Shown: positions 56,601 to 63,684 of the stretch, piece by piece
Position numbering within the stretch: position 1 is the stretch's first letter
How the letters are laid out: each line of letters starts with the position of its first letter
DNA from: Lytechinus pictus
Taxonomy: Eukaryota
Reading direction: 5' to 3'
Length of the DNA stretch: 64,000 bases
Assembly (NCBI RefSeq): GCF_037042905.1
Contig: NC_087252.1
Location: forward strand, 1,490,001 to 1,554,000
Notes under the pieces: model-generated
Database searches by the model: none
The model's input: only the letters and a program-made list of their open reading frames with translations
Told to the model about the DNA's origin: nothing
Position numbers and translations under genes: made by a program

Positions 56601-59600
56601 CCATATACGTGGATCTGCGATGGTGACAACGATTGTGGAGACAACTGGGACGAACAAAACTGTGAGTGGAACAATTCTTCAACCCAGTATTCTAATCTCT
56701 GGTTTAAATAGTTGTGGTTTCACCCTTTAGCAACTAAACCACCGTTTATAATAACTTAACTCCTCAAGTCTTCATGTGTGTGTCACTGCAATACAGTGCA
56801 TTGAAAACAATGAGGGAAAAAATTCAGAGATTATTGAATTTCGCAAAAATTTTAAAGAGTAACTCCTCAAATATTCATGAATTCTTTAGATGTAATAATG
56901 ATGAACCAATGGAACTACAAGTGAGAACCCAGGAAAATGAGGCTTGGAATGTTCAAGGTTTGCTGGGGAAGTTTCATTATGTTGTAAATACAATTTATTG
57001 CTTTCTACCCAGTAAATAAGATTGATCAAAGCAATTTACAATATTTACAATAAATGAGGTTGTAATGACACCTAGTGACATCACAAAAAATAGCAAATTG
57101 GACATTAATTTTTCAGGTCTTTTATTGCATCTAAAATCTGGCACTTCAAGTACGGCAATTTGATCAAAATTTGATGTTTTTTAAAATAAATTTCAGGCAG
57201 CACCAGTAGCTGCAATCAATACCAGTTTACCTGTGCAAATGGCGGATGCATACCATCTTATTGGAAGTGTGATAACTACGATGATTGCGGTGACAATAGT
57301 GATGAGATTGACTGTCCAAGTAAGTATTCAATGCTATGTTAAATAGTTAGAATAAACTCCCTCTTCAAATAGTATATGCAGTTTTGCTTGACAGCTTCCA
57401 AAAGCTCAGAAAAATCACCTTGAAAATATCCCTCACTCCTCATAATGTGCATCCAAGTGTAATTTCATCTTCGAGCTAGGCTGCAGAGCCCTTTGAAGAT
57501 GATAGCAGATGATGATGATGATGATGAAATGCTCATTTTGGGAACCAGAATGAGCTTTTTAAAAATTTATTAGAAGTAGAAGCACAGTTGTGTCCTATGG
57601 GCTTCTAGAGGCCTTCCATTAGTATCTAAGAAGATATTTGTTGAGATAGACTGTCCAAGTAAGTATCCAGTGCTATGTTAAATGCTCATTTGGGAACCAG
57701 AATGAGCTTTTTTAAAATGTTTTAGAAATAGAAACACAGCTGTCTCTTATGGCATCAAGAGGCCTTCCATTAGTATCTAAGAAGATGGTTGATGCTCTTT
57801 ACCAGAACAAGCTTTTTGAAACATTTAGTGCAAAACACTTTTGTTTCCTTGGTATGATAAGCTTGATGGCTGCTTAAAAAAATGAATTTAATTAGAAAAC
57901 ACAGTTTGGTCATCTGTGACATGTACAGTGACTGCATAGAAATCTGTGCTTCAAAAAGCTTTCCATGTAAGTATCTTAATCTTTATTTGATGTTCATTTT
58001 TGGAGAACAGAACATGAGTTTTTTTTAAACATGTTTATTTAAAGGTACCCTTGTTTACTTTGTGTAAGTATGTTGATTACATAGACAATTATTTGTATAG
58101 GATTTTCATGTACAATGTATATGCACATCTTGTTTTTGTCTCACCTGCATAGCAGAGTGAGACTATAGGCGCCGCTTTTCCGACGGCGGCGGCGACGGCG
58201 ACGGCGGCGGCGGCGGCGGCGTCAACACCAAATCTTAACCTGAGGTTAAGTTTTTGAAATGACAGCATAACTTAGAAAGTATATGGACCTAGTTCATGAA
58301 ACTTGGCCATAAGGTTAATCAAGTATTACTAAACATCCTGCCTGAGTTTCATGTCACATGACCAAGGTCAAAGGTCATTTAGGGTCAATGAACTTAGACC
58401 ATGTTGGGGGAATCAACATCAAAATCTTAACCTAAGGTTAAGTTTTTGAAATGTCATCATAACTTAGAAAATATATGGACCTAGTTCATGAAACTTATAC
58501 ATAAGGTTAATCAAGTATCACTGAACATCTTGCATGAGTTTCACGTCACATGACCAAGGTCAAAGGTCATTTAGGGTCAATGAACTTTGGCCGAATTGGG
58601 GGTATCTGTTGAATTACCATCATAACTTTGAAAGTTTATGGATCTGATTCATGAAACTTGGACATAATAGTAATCAAGTATTACTGAACATTCTGTGCAA
58701 GTTTCAGGTCACATGATCAAGGTCAAAGGTCATTTAGGGTCAATGAACTTTGGCCAAATTGGGGTATTTGTTGAATTACAGCCATAAATTTGAAAGTGTG
58801 TTGGTCTAGTTCATAAAACTTGGACATAATAGTAATCAAGTATCACTGAACATCCTGTGCGAGTTTCAGGTCACATGATCAAGGTCAAAGGTCATGTAAG
58901 GTCAAAGAACTTTGGCCACGTTGGGGGTATTTGTTGAATTGCCATCATATCTCTATAAGTGTATTGGTCTAGTTCATAAAACGTGGAAATAAGAGTAACC
59001 AAGTATCACTGAACATCTTGTGCGAGTTATAGTAGTTTTCAAAATCAGCACTGCTGCTATATTGAATTGCGTGATGCAGGTGAGACGGCCAGAGGCATTC
59101 CACTTGTTGATAATTTGGTTCTCATAAATTGTCAGTGAACGGGGCAGCAAGGGCACCAGGCCCCACCAGGATGTAGCTGGGAATTTCAGTGGTGATGATG
59201 CAAGACTGTACTTGTAGTGATTTACGATTTCTTTGTCAATTTTCAAAGAATCTTTATGCTGCCCCAGTGCCATGAGCGTCTCTGGACGGTGGGTGTGCTC
59301 AATAAGACATCACTGTTATTATTATTATATTTTGACCAGAATACACAATTTGAAATGTAGATAGTTGAATAAACCCACCTGTGTTCTTGATGGCTGAGAA
59401 TATACAACAACTACCACAATCACTACCCAACAAACATGCACCACCGTCACTGCTACAACACTTACAACAAATGTCATGGAAAACACAATAACAAGCGCAG
59501 TTGTGTCTTTGATTATTAAAGGCCAAGTCCAACCCAGAAAATTGTTGATATGAATCGATAAAGAAAAATAAAACAAACATAACGCAACAAATTTCATCAA

Positions 59601-62600
59601 AATCGGATGTAAAATAAGAAAGTTATGATGTTTTTAAATTTTGCTTATTTTTCACAAAACAGTTAAACGCACAACTCAGCGATATGCAAATGAGAGAGTC
59701 GATGATGTCCATCACTCACTATTTCTTTTGTTTTTTATTGTTTGAATTATACAATATTTCAATTTTTACAGATTTGACAATAAGGACCAACTTGACTTAA
59801 CCATAAACTGTTAAAATAATGGTAATTCCACATGTTCAGGGAGTAATAAAATTTTGTTTCACATGACAATGGGGAGAAAATTTGAATTTTTCATATTTCA
59901 TATGATAAAATACAAAAGAAATAGTGAGTGGGTGACGTCATCAGTCTGCCAATTTGCATACCGTCCAGGATGTGTATATAACTGTTTTTGTGAAATTAAG
60001 CAAAACTTTAAAATGTCACAACTTTCTTAGTTTACATCCGATTTTGATGAAATTTTCAGTGTTTTGCTTGTTGGATTTTTCTCCTTTTATTTAAATTAAC
60101 TTTTTGGTGGGGTGGACTTGTCCTTTAAGTACATGTACGTTAAATCCATATTTAATGCTGCAGGCATGGAAAGTGAGGACTTAAGGCCACCGCACACTTT
60201 ACGACCCAACTTGTCTGCGACAGGCTTGCGATTGAGTGGGGGAGATGTGACGTCACAGCTATTGTCAGCTTGGTAGTTGCAGACCGGTTAGAGACAAGTC
60301 GCAAGGAAAATCAGAAGGATTTGACATGTCGAATCCTTATGACTTGATCGCAAGCTCAATCCAACTTCCAGCCAATCAGACAGCAGAGTTGTACAACGCC
60401 TATATGATAAACAACGCGCATATGCAGTAGTAAGCGCATTTTCTCAGTTTTGTTATGGAAAAAAGCAAAAAGCCCATGCGTGAGTTGCAGACAGCGTGGT
60501 AGTCGGATCGCAAGGTGTGCGGTGTCGAGGCTTATGACCACCTTGCGATTCATCTCCCCTCACTCAGTCGCAAGCCAGTCGCCGACCAGTCGGGTCATAA
60601 GGTGTGCGGTGGCCTTAAGGCATGCAAAAGGTTCAGCCTGTCTAACATTAATAATCAAATGAGCACAAAACTCATATTATAAACACATATCAATCTTAAT
60701 TGATGACTTGGGGTAATTAAATTTGCTGGCATGATTGTTTGACATTTTTTTGTATTTTTTTAAAGGCATAGCAATCGTTTGCATGGAATTAGAAATTCAG
60801 AAAAAAATCAATATATATTTCTGTTTTATTTTTCCTTAAGCTACCACGATGTATCCGTGGACAACCTCAAACCCGTTTGATTGTGAACCTGGTTACTTCC
60901 ATTGCATGAACGGATCTCAATGTATACCTTTCACCTGGAAGTGTGATAATTACCGGGATTGCCCGGACGGCTCCGATGAATACGATTGTAGTAAGTAAAA
61001 AAAAAATGGATAATTGACATGATTTCAGTACATCTATAATCTTTCTCCAATAGTCCACTTATTTATTCATTTTTTTTTTCATTTGAGAGTCTAAAATTTG
61101 GGATGCGGTTTAATGACAGCTGTTATTTATTTGAATATGATAGTTGAAATTAAATAATGTTTAATAGAAGTAGTACTAGTAGTGGTACTAGAGGAGTAGA
61201 AATTTAGTAGAAGTAGTAGCAGTAGAAGAAGCATTATTATAATTATTCATATTATTATAATTATTCATATTATTATTACTGTAGTTGTTGTAGTAGTAGT
61301 ATTACATGTATGAGTAGTCGTAGTAGTCAGTCATTGTCGTAGTAGAAAAAGTAATAGCAGTAGTAGTAATTGTAGTTGTAGTAGTACATGTAGTGGTAGC
61401 AGTAGTAGTAAGATTGTAAGATTGGAAGATTTTATTGACTCTATCGACCCCCTCTCGGGGTATGAGAGTACAAACATATTTACAATACATGAACACAAAA
61501 ACATAAGTAATAATACAAAAACATAAGTGATTATACAAAACCATCAGTGATAATATATGTACAAAAAATACCAGATAACATATTTACAAGTCAAGGCGTT
61601 TAGGGCGTTTGACTACTCTACCACTACATGTACACACTTTTTCATCTAGATCTACTTTACTTTCTATAAAACTACTGTCTGTCTTCTGTAGTAGTTGTGT
61701 AGTAGTAGCAGTAGTTATGTAGTAGCAGTAGTATTAAAAAAAAACAGGAATTGGAGGAGAAGAAGAACGAAAAATGTCAGAACTAATTGATTTTCAAAGT
61801 ATGTGACATGTCATTTGTTCAAATTCCTTTCCAGTTTATAACAACACTACCCCTCTCTACCCCGATACGTGCGGTTGGGACAGCTATGTGTGTGACAATG
61901 GACAGTGTATCCCAAGAGATTGGGAATGCGATAACTATCAGGACTGTGCAGATAACAGTGACGAGGATCATTGCTCAAGTAAGTAAACAATCTGCGGGTG
62001 CAGCAATCACACTGGGAAACCTGCCCCCAATCCTACTAATAGTATGTCATTGGTAAAAATGTAATGATTATAATAATAATAATAATAGTTACATGTATAT
62101 AGCGCTTCATACGTTGGTTTCTAAGCGCTTTACATTGTAATTATTATTACCCCGGTCATAGGATCCATCACTGTTCCACACATAAAGTGCACCATCTCCA
62201 CTCCCTGGGGAGTACCATGGCCATGCAACTGTTTATCAGTGCACACATGCCAATCTAATCACATTGACTTTCACATCCTACCGGGTACCTACATAACACC
62301 TGGGTGGAGAGTGACAAATGTGGATAAGTGCCTTGCTAAAGGACATTAGCTCTGGGTGAGGTTCGAACCCTCGACCCTTGGTTCATGAGTCAAGTGACTG
62401 AACCACTACACCACCACACCTCCACAGTAGTTTGATTTGTCTGGAGTCAGTTTTGCTTGTACAGTATGACTGGCCATTGATATTTGTATGAGAGTTAAAG
62501 CAGGCATGATATTCTTTCCGATTTGAATTGGAATTTAGATTTTTTAAATCATTTTTTTTTCAGATACGTGAAATCCTTTGTCCTTTGCCCAAGGACATTC

Positions 62601-63654
62601 TCATGCTGTTTTTTACTGCTTTTTTAAGTCAAATGATAATACTATCATGTAGACTCACCTTGAAAGATTATTTCTTTGCTATGCAAGAGCTTGTAACCCC
62701 AACGGGGGCACCTCGGACTTCGGCGGTGATTTAGCGGCCCTTGGCTATTTTTCAGATTTTTTTTTCCACAGGAGAATAACATGCCTGGAAAGAGATAGAA
62801 CAAGAGGTAGAGAGAGACGAAAAGACAGACAGAGATAGAGAAAAGCAGAGAGAAATTGAATGCCTGGTGATTAAGATGGTCTTTGGGAGTGTTTGGGGGA
62901 GATAGGAACTTATAGAATCTACATGTACATCAGAATTGGAAATAATGATAATAGTGGCTAGTTATATAGCTCACTGGTCAAATCTTTGTGGAGTACCTCC
63001 TAGTTTTGTCTATTGTGAGGACTTGCAGGATATGTAAATTGATACATTTGACAAATTTGGGGATCTGTGAGATTTCAATTTTTGATGCATGTAAATGTAG
63101 CATATACCTTCGAAGATTCGTGTCAAAATTGATTTCCAGACATGCAGGCCTTACATCCACAAAAGTGGTTTTAATTCTAGCATGATACAACTTTGGACTA
63201 TGCAGATAATGTGTACATAATTACGCTTATTTCATCGCATACATGTACACCAAAAAAGTCAAATTACAAATGTGCGCCTTTCGAAAAATGGCGCCTGAAT
63301 GAAGCGTGACAATCAAATAAATTATTTTGCATATTTAAATATTTTGTAATTCTTGAAATAAAGTTGAATTGAAATTGAATTGAGAAATTAGCATAATCCA
63401 TGGTTTTGTAATATGGCACGTTCGAAACCACATTTGTGAATCCGGGCCACAGAATCACACGTGATAGCAATGATGGTCTGTATCTTTTTTAATAGCTACT
63501 ACAATGATGCCATACACCACTGATGAAACACCTCAATGCGGGTTCTTGCGAGTTCCGTGTGGCCCAGGAGCCACGCCTCGCTGTGTCTGGCAGTGGCTCG
63601 TCTGCGACGGTGACAATGATTGTTCAGACGGGGAAGATGAGGCTCACTGTGGAA
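12437..63654 (+). CDS. SORL1: Sortilin-related receptor SorLA/LR11 orthologue, 27 coding exons, 3'-incomplete (SP, propeptide, VPS10P, 10CC, YWTD propeller, EGF, LDL-A x8)
   Basis: Spliced translation matches recalled human SORL1 motifs: [96 protein letters not shown]. The domain order VPS10P+YWTD+EGF+LDL-A is unique to SorLA. All introns are GT-AG and phases agree. Confidence 0.96.
14413..14649 (+). CDS. SORL1: SORL1 exon 2 (VPS10P)
   Basis: [21 protein letters not shown]...[10 protein letters not shown]...KADERR; acceptor cag, donor gtaagg; phase 0/0. Confidence 0.95.
14880..15540 (+). mobile_element. tRNA-derived SINE (family A), interrupted
   Basis: A/B-box-like head GTGGTCTAGTGG...GAGTTTGAATCC; 3' part (15445-15540) shared with the copy at 26978-27192. 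Confidence 0.6.
16559..17002. mobile_element. Harbinger/Tourist-like MITE
   Basis: About 40-bp TIR GACACCGTTCTCATTACGCTTTCTAAAACTAGTTTACTGGAA; TTA on both sides. Confidence 0.82.
17006..17418. mobile_element. Harbinger-like MITE (AGGCCACCGCACACCTTACGAC family), copy 1
   Basis: TIRs, TTA flanks; near-identical to 33795-34185. Confidence 0.82.
18433..19016 (+). mobile_element. Kolobok-like MITE family K1, copy 1
   Basis: TTAA TSD, termini AGGAGAATGAAAC / GTTTCATTCTCCT; near-identical inverted copy at 25056-25640. Confidence 0.88.
20966..21127 (+). CDS. SORL1: SORL1 exon 3 (VPS10P)
   Basis: [21 protein letters not shown]...DDLKR; acceptor tgcag, donor gtaagt; phase 0/0. Confidence 0.93.
23353..23420 (+). 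CDS. SORL1: SORL1 exon 4 (VPS10P)
   Basis: [22 protein letters not shown](W), Asp-box-like; 68 nt, phase 0/2. Confidence 0.93.
24090..24367 (-). mobile_element. tRNA-derived SINE (family B) with L2-type tail
   Basis: Minus-strand tRNA-like head (GGTTCAAATCC B-box), central CCCAGGTG...AATGGGTACCCGGTAGGA, AAAGCGCT...(TAT)n tail. Confidence 0.82.
24741..24921 (+). CDS. SORL1: SORL1 exon 5 (VPS10P)
   Basis: [15 protein letters not shown]...[19 protein letters not shown]; phase 2/0. Confidence 0.94.
25056..25640 (-). mobile_element. Kolobok-like MITE family K1, copy 2 (inverted)
   Basis: TTAA TSD; reverse complement of 18433-19016 with few differences. Confidence 0.88.
25825..25968 (+). mobile_element. 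3' fragment of the Deu/Nin-like SINE
   Basis: Reverse complement of about 44815-44952; (AAT)n tail. Confidence 0.7.
26191..26793 (+). mobile_element. Kolobok-like MITE family K2, copy 1
   Basis: AGGTCAAGTCCAC...TGGACTTGTCCT termini, TTAA flanks; homologous to 54542-55143 and 59520-60124. Confidence 0.85.
26978..27192 (+). mobile_element. tRNA-derived SINE (family A), internally deleted
   Basis: GTGGTCTAGTGGTTAGAGC...GAGTTTGAATCCC head; homologous to 14880-15540. Confidence 0.62.
27231..28100 (+). repeat. (TGAA/TGAG/TGAC/GAAA)n compound microsatellite split by a SINE
   Basis: Tetranucleotide runs at 27231-27450 and 27795-28100. Confidence 0.93.
27451..27794 (-). mobile_element. Full-length tRNA-derived SINE (family B)
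   Basis: Head TGGTGTAGCGG...GTTCGAATCCC, central CTCTCCACCCAGGTGTTAAATGGGTACCCGG, L2-like tail GTAAAGCGCTT...AAGCGCTATATAAAT. Confidence 0.88.
28477..30002 (+). mobile_element. Helentron-associated (HINE/DINE-1/pearl-like) element with 7 tandem 160-190-bp core units
   Basis: T-rich insertion site, 13-bp subterminal IR GTCTCGCCTGCAT / ATGCAGGCGAGAC, 5' hairpin, (GGC)n microsatellite, tandem core, no TSD. Confidence 0.8.
30136..30613. mobile_element. MITE with about 22-bp TIR
   Basis: AGGTGGTTTCAAACCGCCTCGA / TCAAGGCGGTCTGAAACCACCT; ATT flanks. Confidence 0.8.
30835..31215 (+). mobile_element. Degenerate 3' end of an L2-type LINE
   Basis: [17 protein letters not shown] and FKKHLKTH motifs in shifting frames; AGCGCT...AAGCGCTATATAAAT tail. 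Confidence 0.78.
31652..31868. mobile_element. Small MITE (GGGGGTGTTTCACAAAGATT TIR)
   Basis: Long TIR, CAT flanks; related inverted copy at about 41155-41345. Confidence 0.8.
32032..32260. mobile_element. Small MITE
   Basis: TIR AGGCCCTGTCACATAT / ATATGTGACAGGGCCT. Confidence 0.75.
32852..33257. mobile_element. Small foldback element with inverted TTCCGAAGGTTCGTTA repeat arrays
   Basis: Right terminus (rc) GGTTACACTTCGTAATTCCGA; TSD ACTATTTC (32844-32851, 33258-33265). Confidence 0.8.
33795..34185. mobile_element. Harbinger-like MITE, copy 2
   Basis: TAA TSD; homologous to 17006-17418. Confidence 0.82.
34526..34965. mobile_element. Fully palindromic MITE (about 440-bp hairpin)
   Basis: GGCCCAAATTCACAAAG / CTTTGTGAATTTGGGCC, arms pair almost to the centre; AAT TSD. 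Confidence 0.85.
35850..36035 (+). repeat. Compound (TTG/TTA/CAT/CAA/CCT)n microsatellite
   Basis: Trinucleotide runs. Confidence 0.9.
36728..38468 (+). mobile_element. HINE-like element copy 2 (4 core units), interrupted by a LINE
   Basis: GTCTCACCTGCAT / ATGCAGGTGAGAC; near-identical to 58133-59108 outside the insertion. Confidence 0.82.
37480..38252 (+). mobile_element. 5'-truncated L2/CR1-group LINE (RT C-terminal region plus 3' UTR)
   Basis: ORF 37484-38008 ([38 protein letters not shown]) continues frameshifted (SWNDLP...[10 protein letters not shown]); (TAA)n tail; ATGTTA TSD-like duplication. Confidence 0.9.
40638..40718 (+). CDS. SORL1: SORL1 exon 6 (VPS10P), after a 15.7-kb intron
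   Basis: [27 protein letters not shown]; strong pyrimidine tract, donor gtaagt; phase 0/0. Confidence 0.9.
40788..40945. mobile_element. Small MITE
   Basis: Imperfect TIR ...AACACAAAGGTTAGTGAT / ATCGCTAACCTTAGTGTT; CAG flanks. Confidence 0.6.
41155..41345. mobile_element. MITE related to 31652-31868, inverted
   Basis: GTGTTTCACAAAGA / TCTTTGTGAAACACCCCCC. Confidence 0.7.
41393..41562 (+). CDS. SORL1: SORL1 exon 7 (VPS10P)
   Basis: [32 protein letters not shown]...DTWL; phase 0/2. Confidence 0.95.
42078..42315. mobile_element. Small MITE
   Basis: TIR TTGGGTGATTTCAAGTCCGGTGTTGGCC / GGTCAACACTGAACTAGAAATCACCCAA. Confidence 0.72.
42345..42558 (+). CDS. SORL1: SORL1 exon 8 (VPS10P)
   Basis: [20 protein letters not shown]...[14 protein letters not shown]...NCNPL; phase 2/0. 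Confidence 0.95.
42916..43110 (+). CDS. SORL1: SORL1 exon 9 (VPS10P)
   Basis: [14 protein letters not shown]...[16 protein letters not shown]...[14 protein letters not shown]; phase 0/0. Confidence 0.93.
43426..43514 (+). CDS. SORL1: SORL1 exon 10 (VPS10P)
   Basis: [29 protein letters not shown](K); phase 0/2. Confidence 0.93.
43503..43805 (+). repeat. Degenerate about 27-bp minisatellite seeded on the exon 10 donor
   Basis: Repeated AAATGCTGTCAAGTAAGTTGATGTTAT variants. Confidence 0.75.
44075..44250 (+). CDS. SORL1: SORL1 exon 11 (VPS10P)
   Basis: YSVNEGETW...[20 protein letters not shown]...[14 protein letters not shown]; phase 2/1. Confidence 0.95.
44815..45172 (-). mobile_element. tRNA-derived SINE with Deu/Nin-like central domain
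   Basis: Head TTGCTCAGTCAGTAAAGCG...GGTTCAAGTCCC; CCGTCCCTCTGAGAGG...AAGAGTAGGGGGAAACCCCGG resembles the recalled DeuSINE domain (not database-checked). Confidence 0.72.
45217..45400. mobile_element. Small TIR element
   Basis: CAGAGATGCCAACCGTTACGGAATATTAAT / ATTAATATTCCGTAAGGGTTGGCAATTCTG. Confidence 0.75.
45475..45664 (+). CDS. SORL1: SORL1 exon 12 (10CC-a)
   Basis: [13 protein letters not shown]...[12 protein letters not shown]...[24 protein letters not shown](C); phase 1/2. Confidence 0.95.
46949..47405. mobile_element. CpG-rich TIR element, unclassified
   Basis: Perfect 23-bp TIR GTAATTCTCGCTACCCCAAATAG; AA flanks. Confidence 0.78.
48415..48540 (+). CDS. SORL1: SORL1 exon 13 (10CC-b)
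   Basis: [41 protein letters not shown](G); phase 2/2. Confidence 0.93.
48612..48795 (+). pseudogene. Tandem copy of the 3' half of exon 13 plus its intron start (ghost exon)
   Basis: 158-bp offset copy encoding [26 protein letters not shown]; the original donor GT is changed to GA. Confidence 0.85.
49094..49176 (+). CDS. SORL1: SORL1 exon 14 (10CC-b)
   Basis: [27 protein letters not shown]; phase 2/1. Confidence 0.94.
49764..49936 (+). CDS. SORL1: SORL1 exon 15 (start of YWTD propeller)
   Basis: [16 protein letters not shown]...[22 protein letters not shown]; phase 1/0. Confidence 0.93.
50036..50284. mobile_element. hAT-like MITE
   Basis: TIR CAGGGATGTAGTCGAGGCCA / TGGCCTTGACTACACCCCTG; no clear TSD. 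Confidence 0.62.
50341..50503. mobile_element. Small MITE
   Basis: CTGGGGAGCGT / ACGCTCCCCAG termini. Confidence 0.6.
50724..50950 (+). CDS. SORL1: SORL1 exon 16 (YWTD)
   Basis: RFCPG...[17 protein letters not shown]...[13 protein letters not shown](G); phase 0/2. Confidence 0.95.
51376..51628 (+). CDS. SORL1: SORL1 exon 17 (YWTD)
   Basis: [13 protein letters not shown]...WPNGLAIDD...[11 protein letters not shown]...[10 protein letters not shown]; weak donor AAG|gtcttc; phase 2/0. Confidence 0.93.
51671..51815 (+). mobile_element. 5' part of tRNA-derived SINE (family B)
   Basis: GCTCAGTGGATAAG...GGTTCGAATCCC followed by CCACTCTCCACCCAGGTG. Confidence 0.8.
52103..52378. mobile_element. Harbinger-like MITE
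   Basis: TIR GGCCCCGTCTTACAAAGAGTT / AACTCTTTGTAAGACGGGCCC; CTG TSD. Confidence 0.82.
52476..52614 (+). CDS. SORL1: SORL1 exon 18 (YWTD)
   Basis: [21 protein letters not shown]...[12 protein letters not shown]; phase 0/1. Confidence 0.95.
52995..53198 (+). CDS. SORL1: SORL1 exon 19 (8-Cys EGF)
   Basis: [15 protein letters not shown]...CLCPD...CQCEAG...YC; eight Cys, as in the SorLA EGF; phase 1/1. Confidence 0.94.
53207..54040 (+). repeat. (GAT/GGT)n microsatellite in intron 19
   Basis: About 830 nt of triplets starting just after the exon 19 donor. Confidence 0.97.
54167..54283 (+). CDS. SORL1: SORL1 exon 20 (LDL-A 1)
   Basis: [37 protein letters not shown]; phase 1/1. Confidence 0.95.
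54542..55143 (+). mobile_element. Kolobok-like MITE family K2, copy 2
   Basis: TTAA TSD; AGGTCAAGTCCACCCC / GATGGACCTGTCCT. Confidence 0.85.
55249..55371 (+). CDS. SORL1: SORL1 exon 21 (LDL-A 2)
   Basis: [38 protein letters not shown]; phase 1/1. Confidence 0.95.
56096..56221 (+). CDS. SORL1: SORL1 exon 22 (LDL-A 3)
   Basis: [41 protein letters not shown]; phase 1/1. Confidence 0.94.
56530..56661 (+). CDS. SORL1: SORL1 exon 23 (LDL-A 4)
   Basis: [43 protein letters not shown]; the last Cys is split T|GC across the intron. Confidence 0.93.
57197..57319 (+). CDS. SORL1: SORL1 exon 24 (LDL-A 5)
   Basis: [40 protein letters not shown]; phase 1/1. Confidence 0.94.
58133..59108 (+). mobile_element. 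HINE-like element copy 3 (4 core units, intact)
   Basis: Same subterminal IR, hairpin, (GGC)n and core units as copy 2. Confidence 0.82.
59520..60124 (+). mobile_element. Kolobok-like MITE family K2, copy 3
   Basis: TTAA TSD; AGGCCAAGTCCAACCC / GGTGGACTTGTCCT. Confidence 0.85.
60184..60615. mobile_element. Harbinger-like MITE sharing TIRs with 17006-17418 but with a different interior
   Basis: AGGCCACCGCACACTTTACGACC / GGTCATAAGGTGTGCGGTGGCCT. Confidence 0.8.
60841..60990 (+). CDS. SORL1: SORL1 exon 25 (LDL-A 6)
   Basis: [49 protein letters not shown]; phase 1/1. Confidence 0.94.
61165..61410 (+). repeat. (TAG/TTA)n low-complexity tract
   Basis: Degenerate GTA/TTA triplets. Confidence 0.85.
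61835..61978 (+). CDS. SORL1: SORL1 exon 26 (LDL-A 7)
   Basis: [47 protein letters not shown]; phase 1/1. Confidence 0.94.
62070..62425 (-). mobile_element. Full-length tRNA-derived SINE (family B)
   Basis: Same head, central domain and L2-like tail as 27451-27794. Confidence 0.85.
63496..63654 (+). CDS. SORL1: SORL1 exon 27 (LDL-A 8)
   Basis: [52 protein letters not shown]; phase 1/1. Confidence 0.92.
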
Positions 63655-63684
63655 GTAAGAGAAATTTAGACTAATGATGTTAAG

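Noticed and set aside
59397..59500. Thr-rich frame [24 protein letters not shown] as an extra mucin-like exon
   Set aside because: Poor acceptor (GAG, no pyrimidine tract) and no phase-1 donor; more likely ACA/ACT low-complexity sequence.
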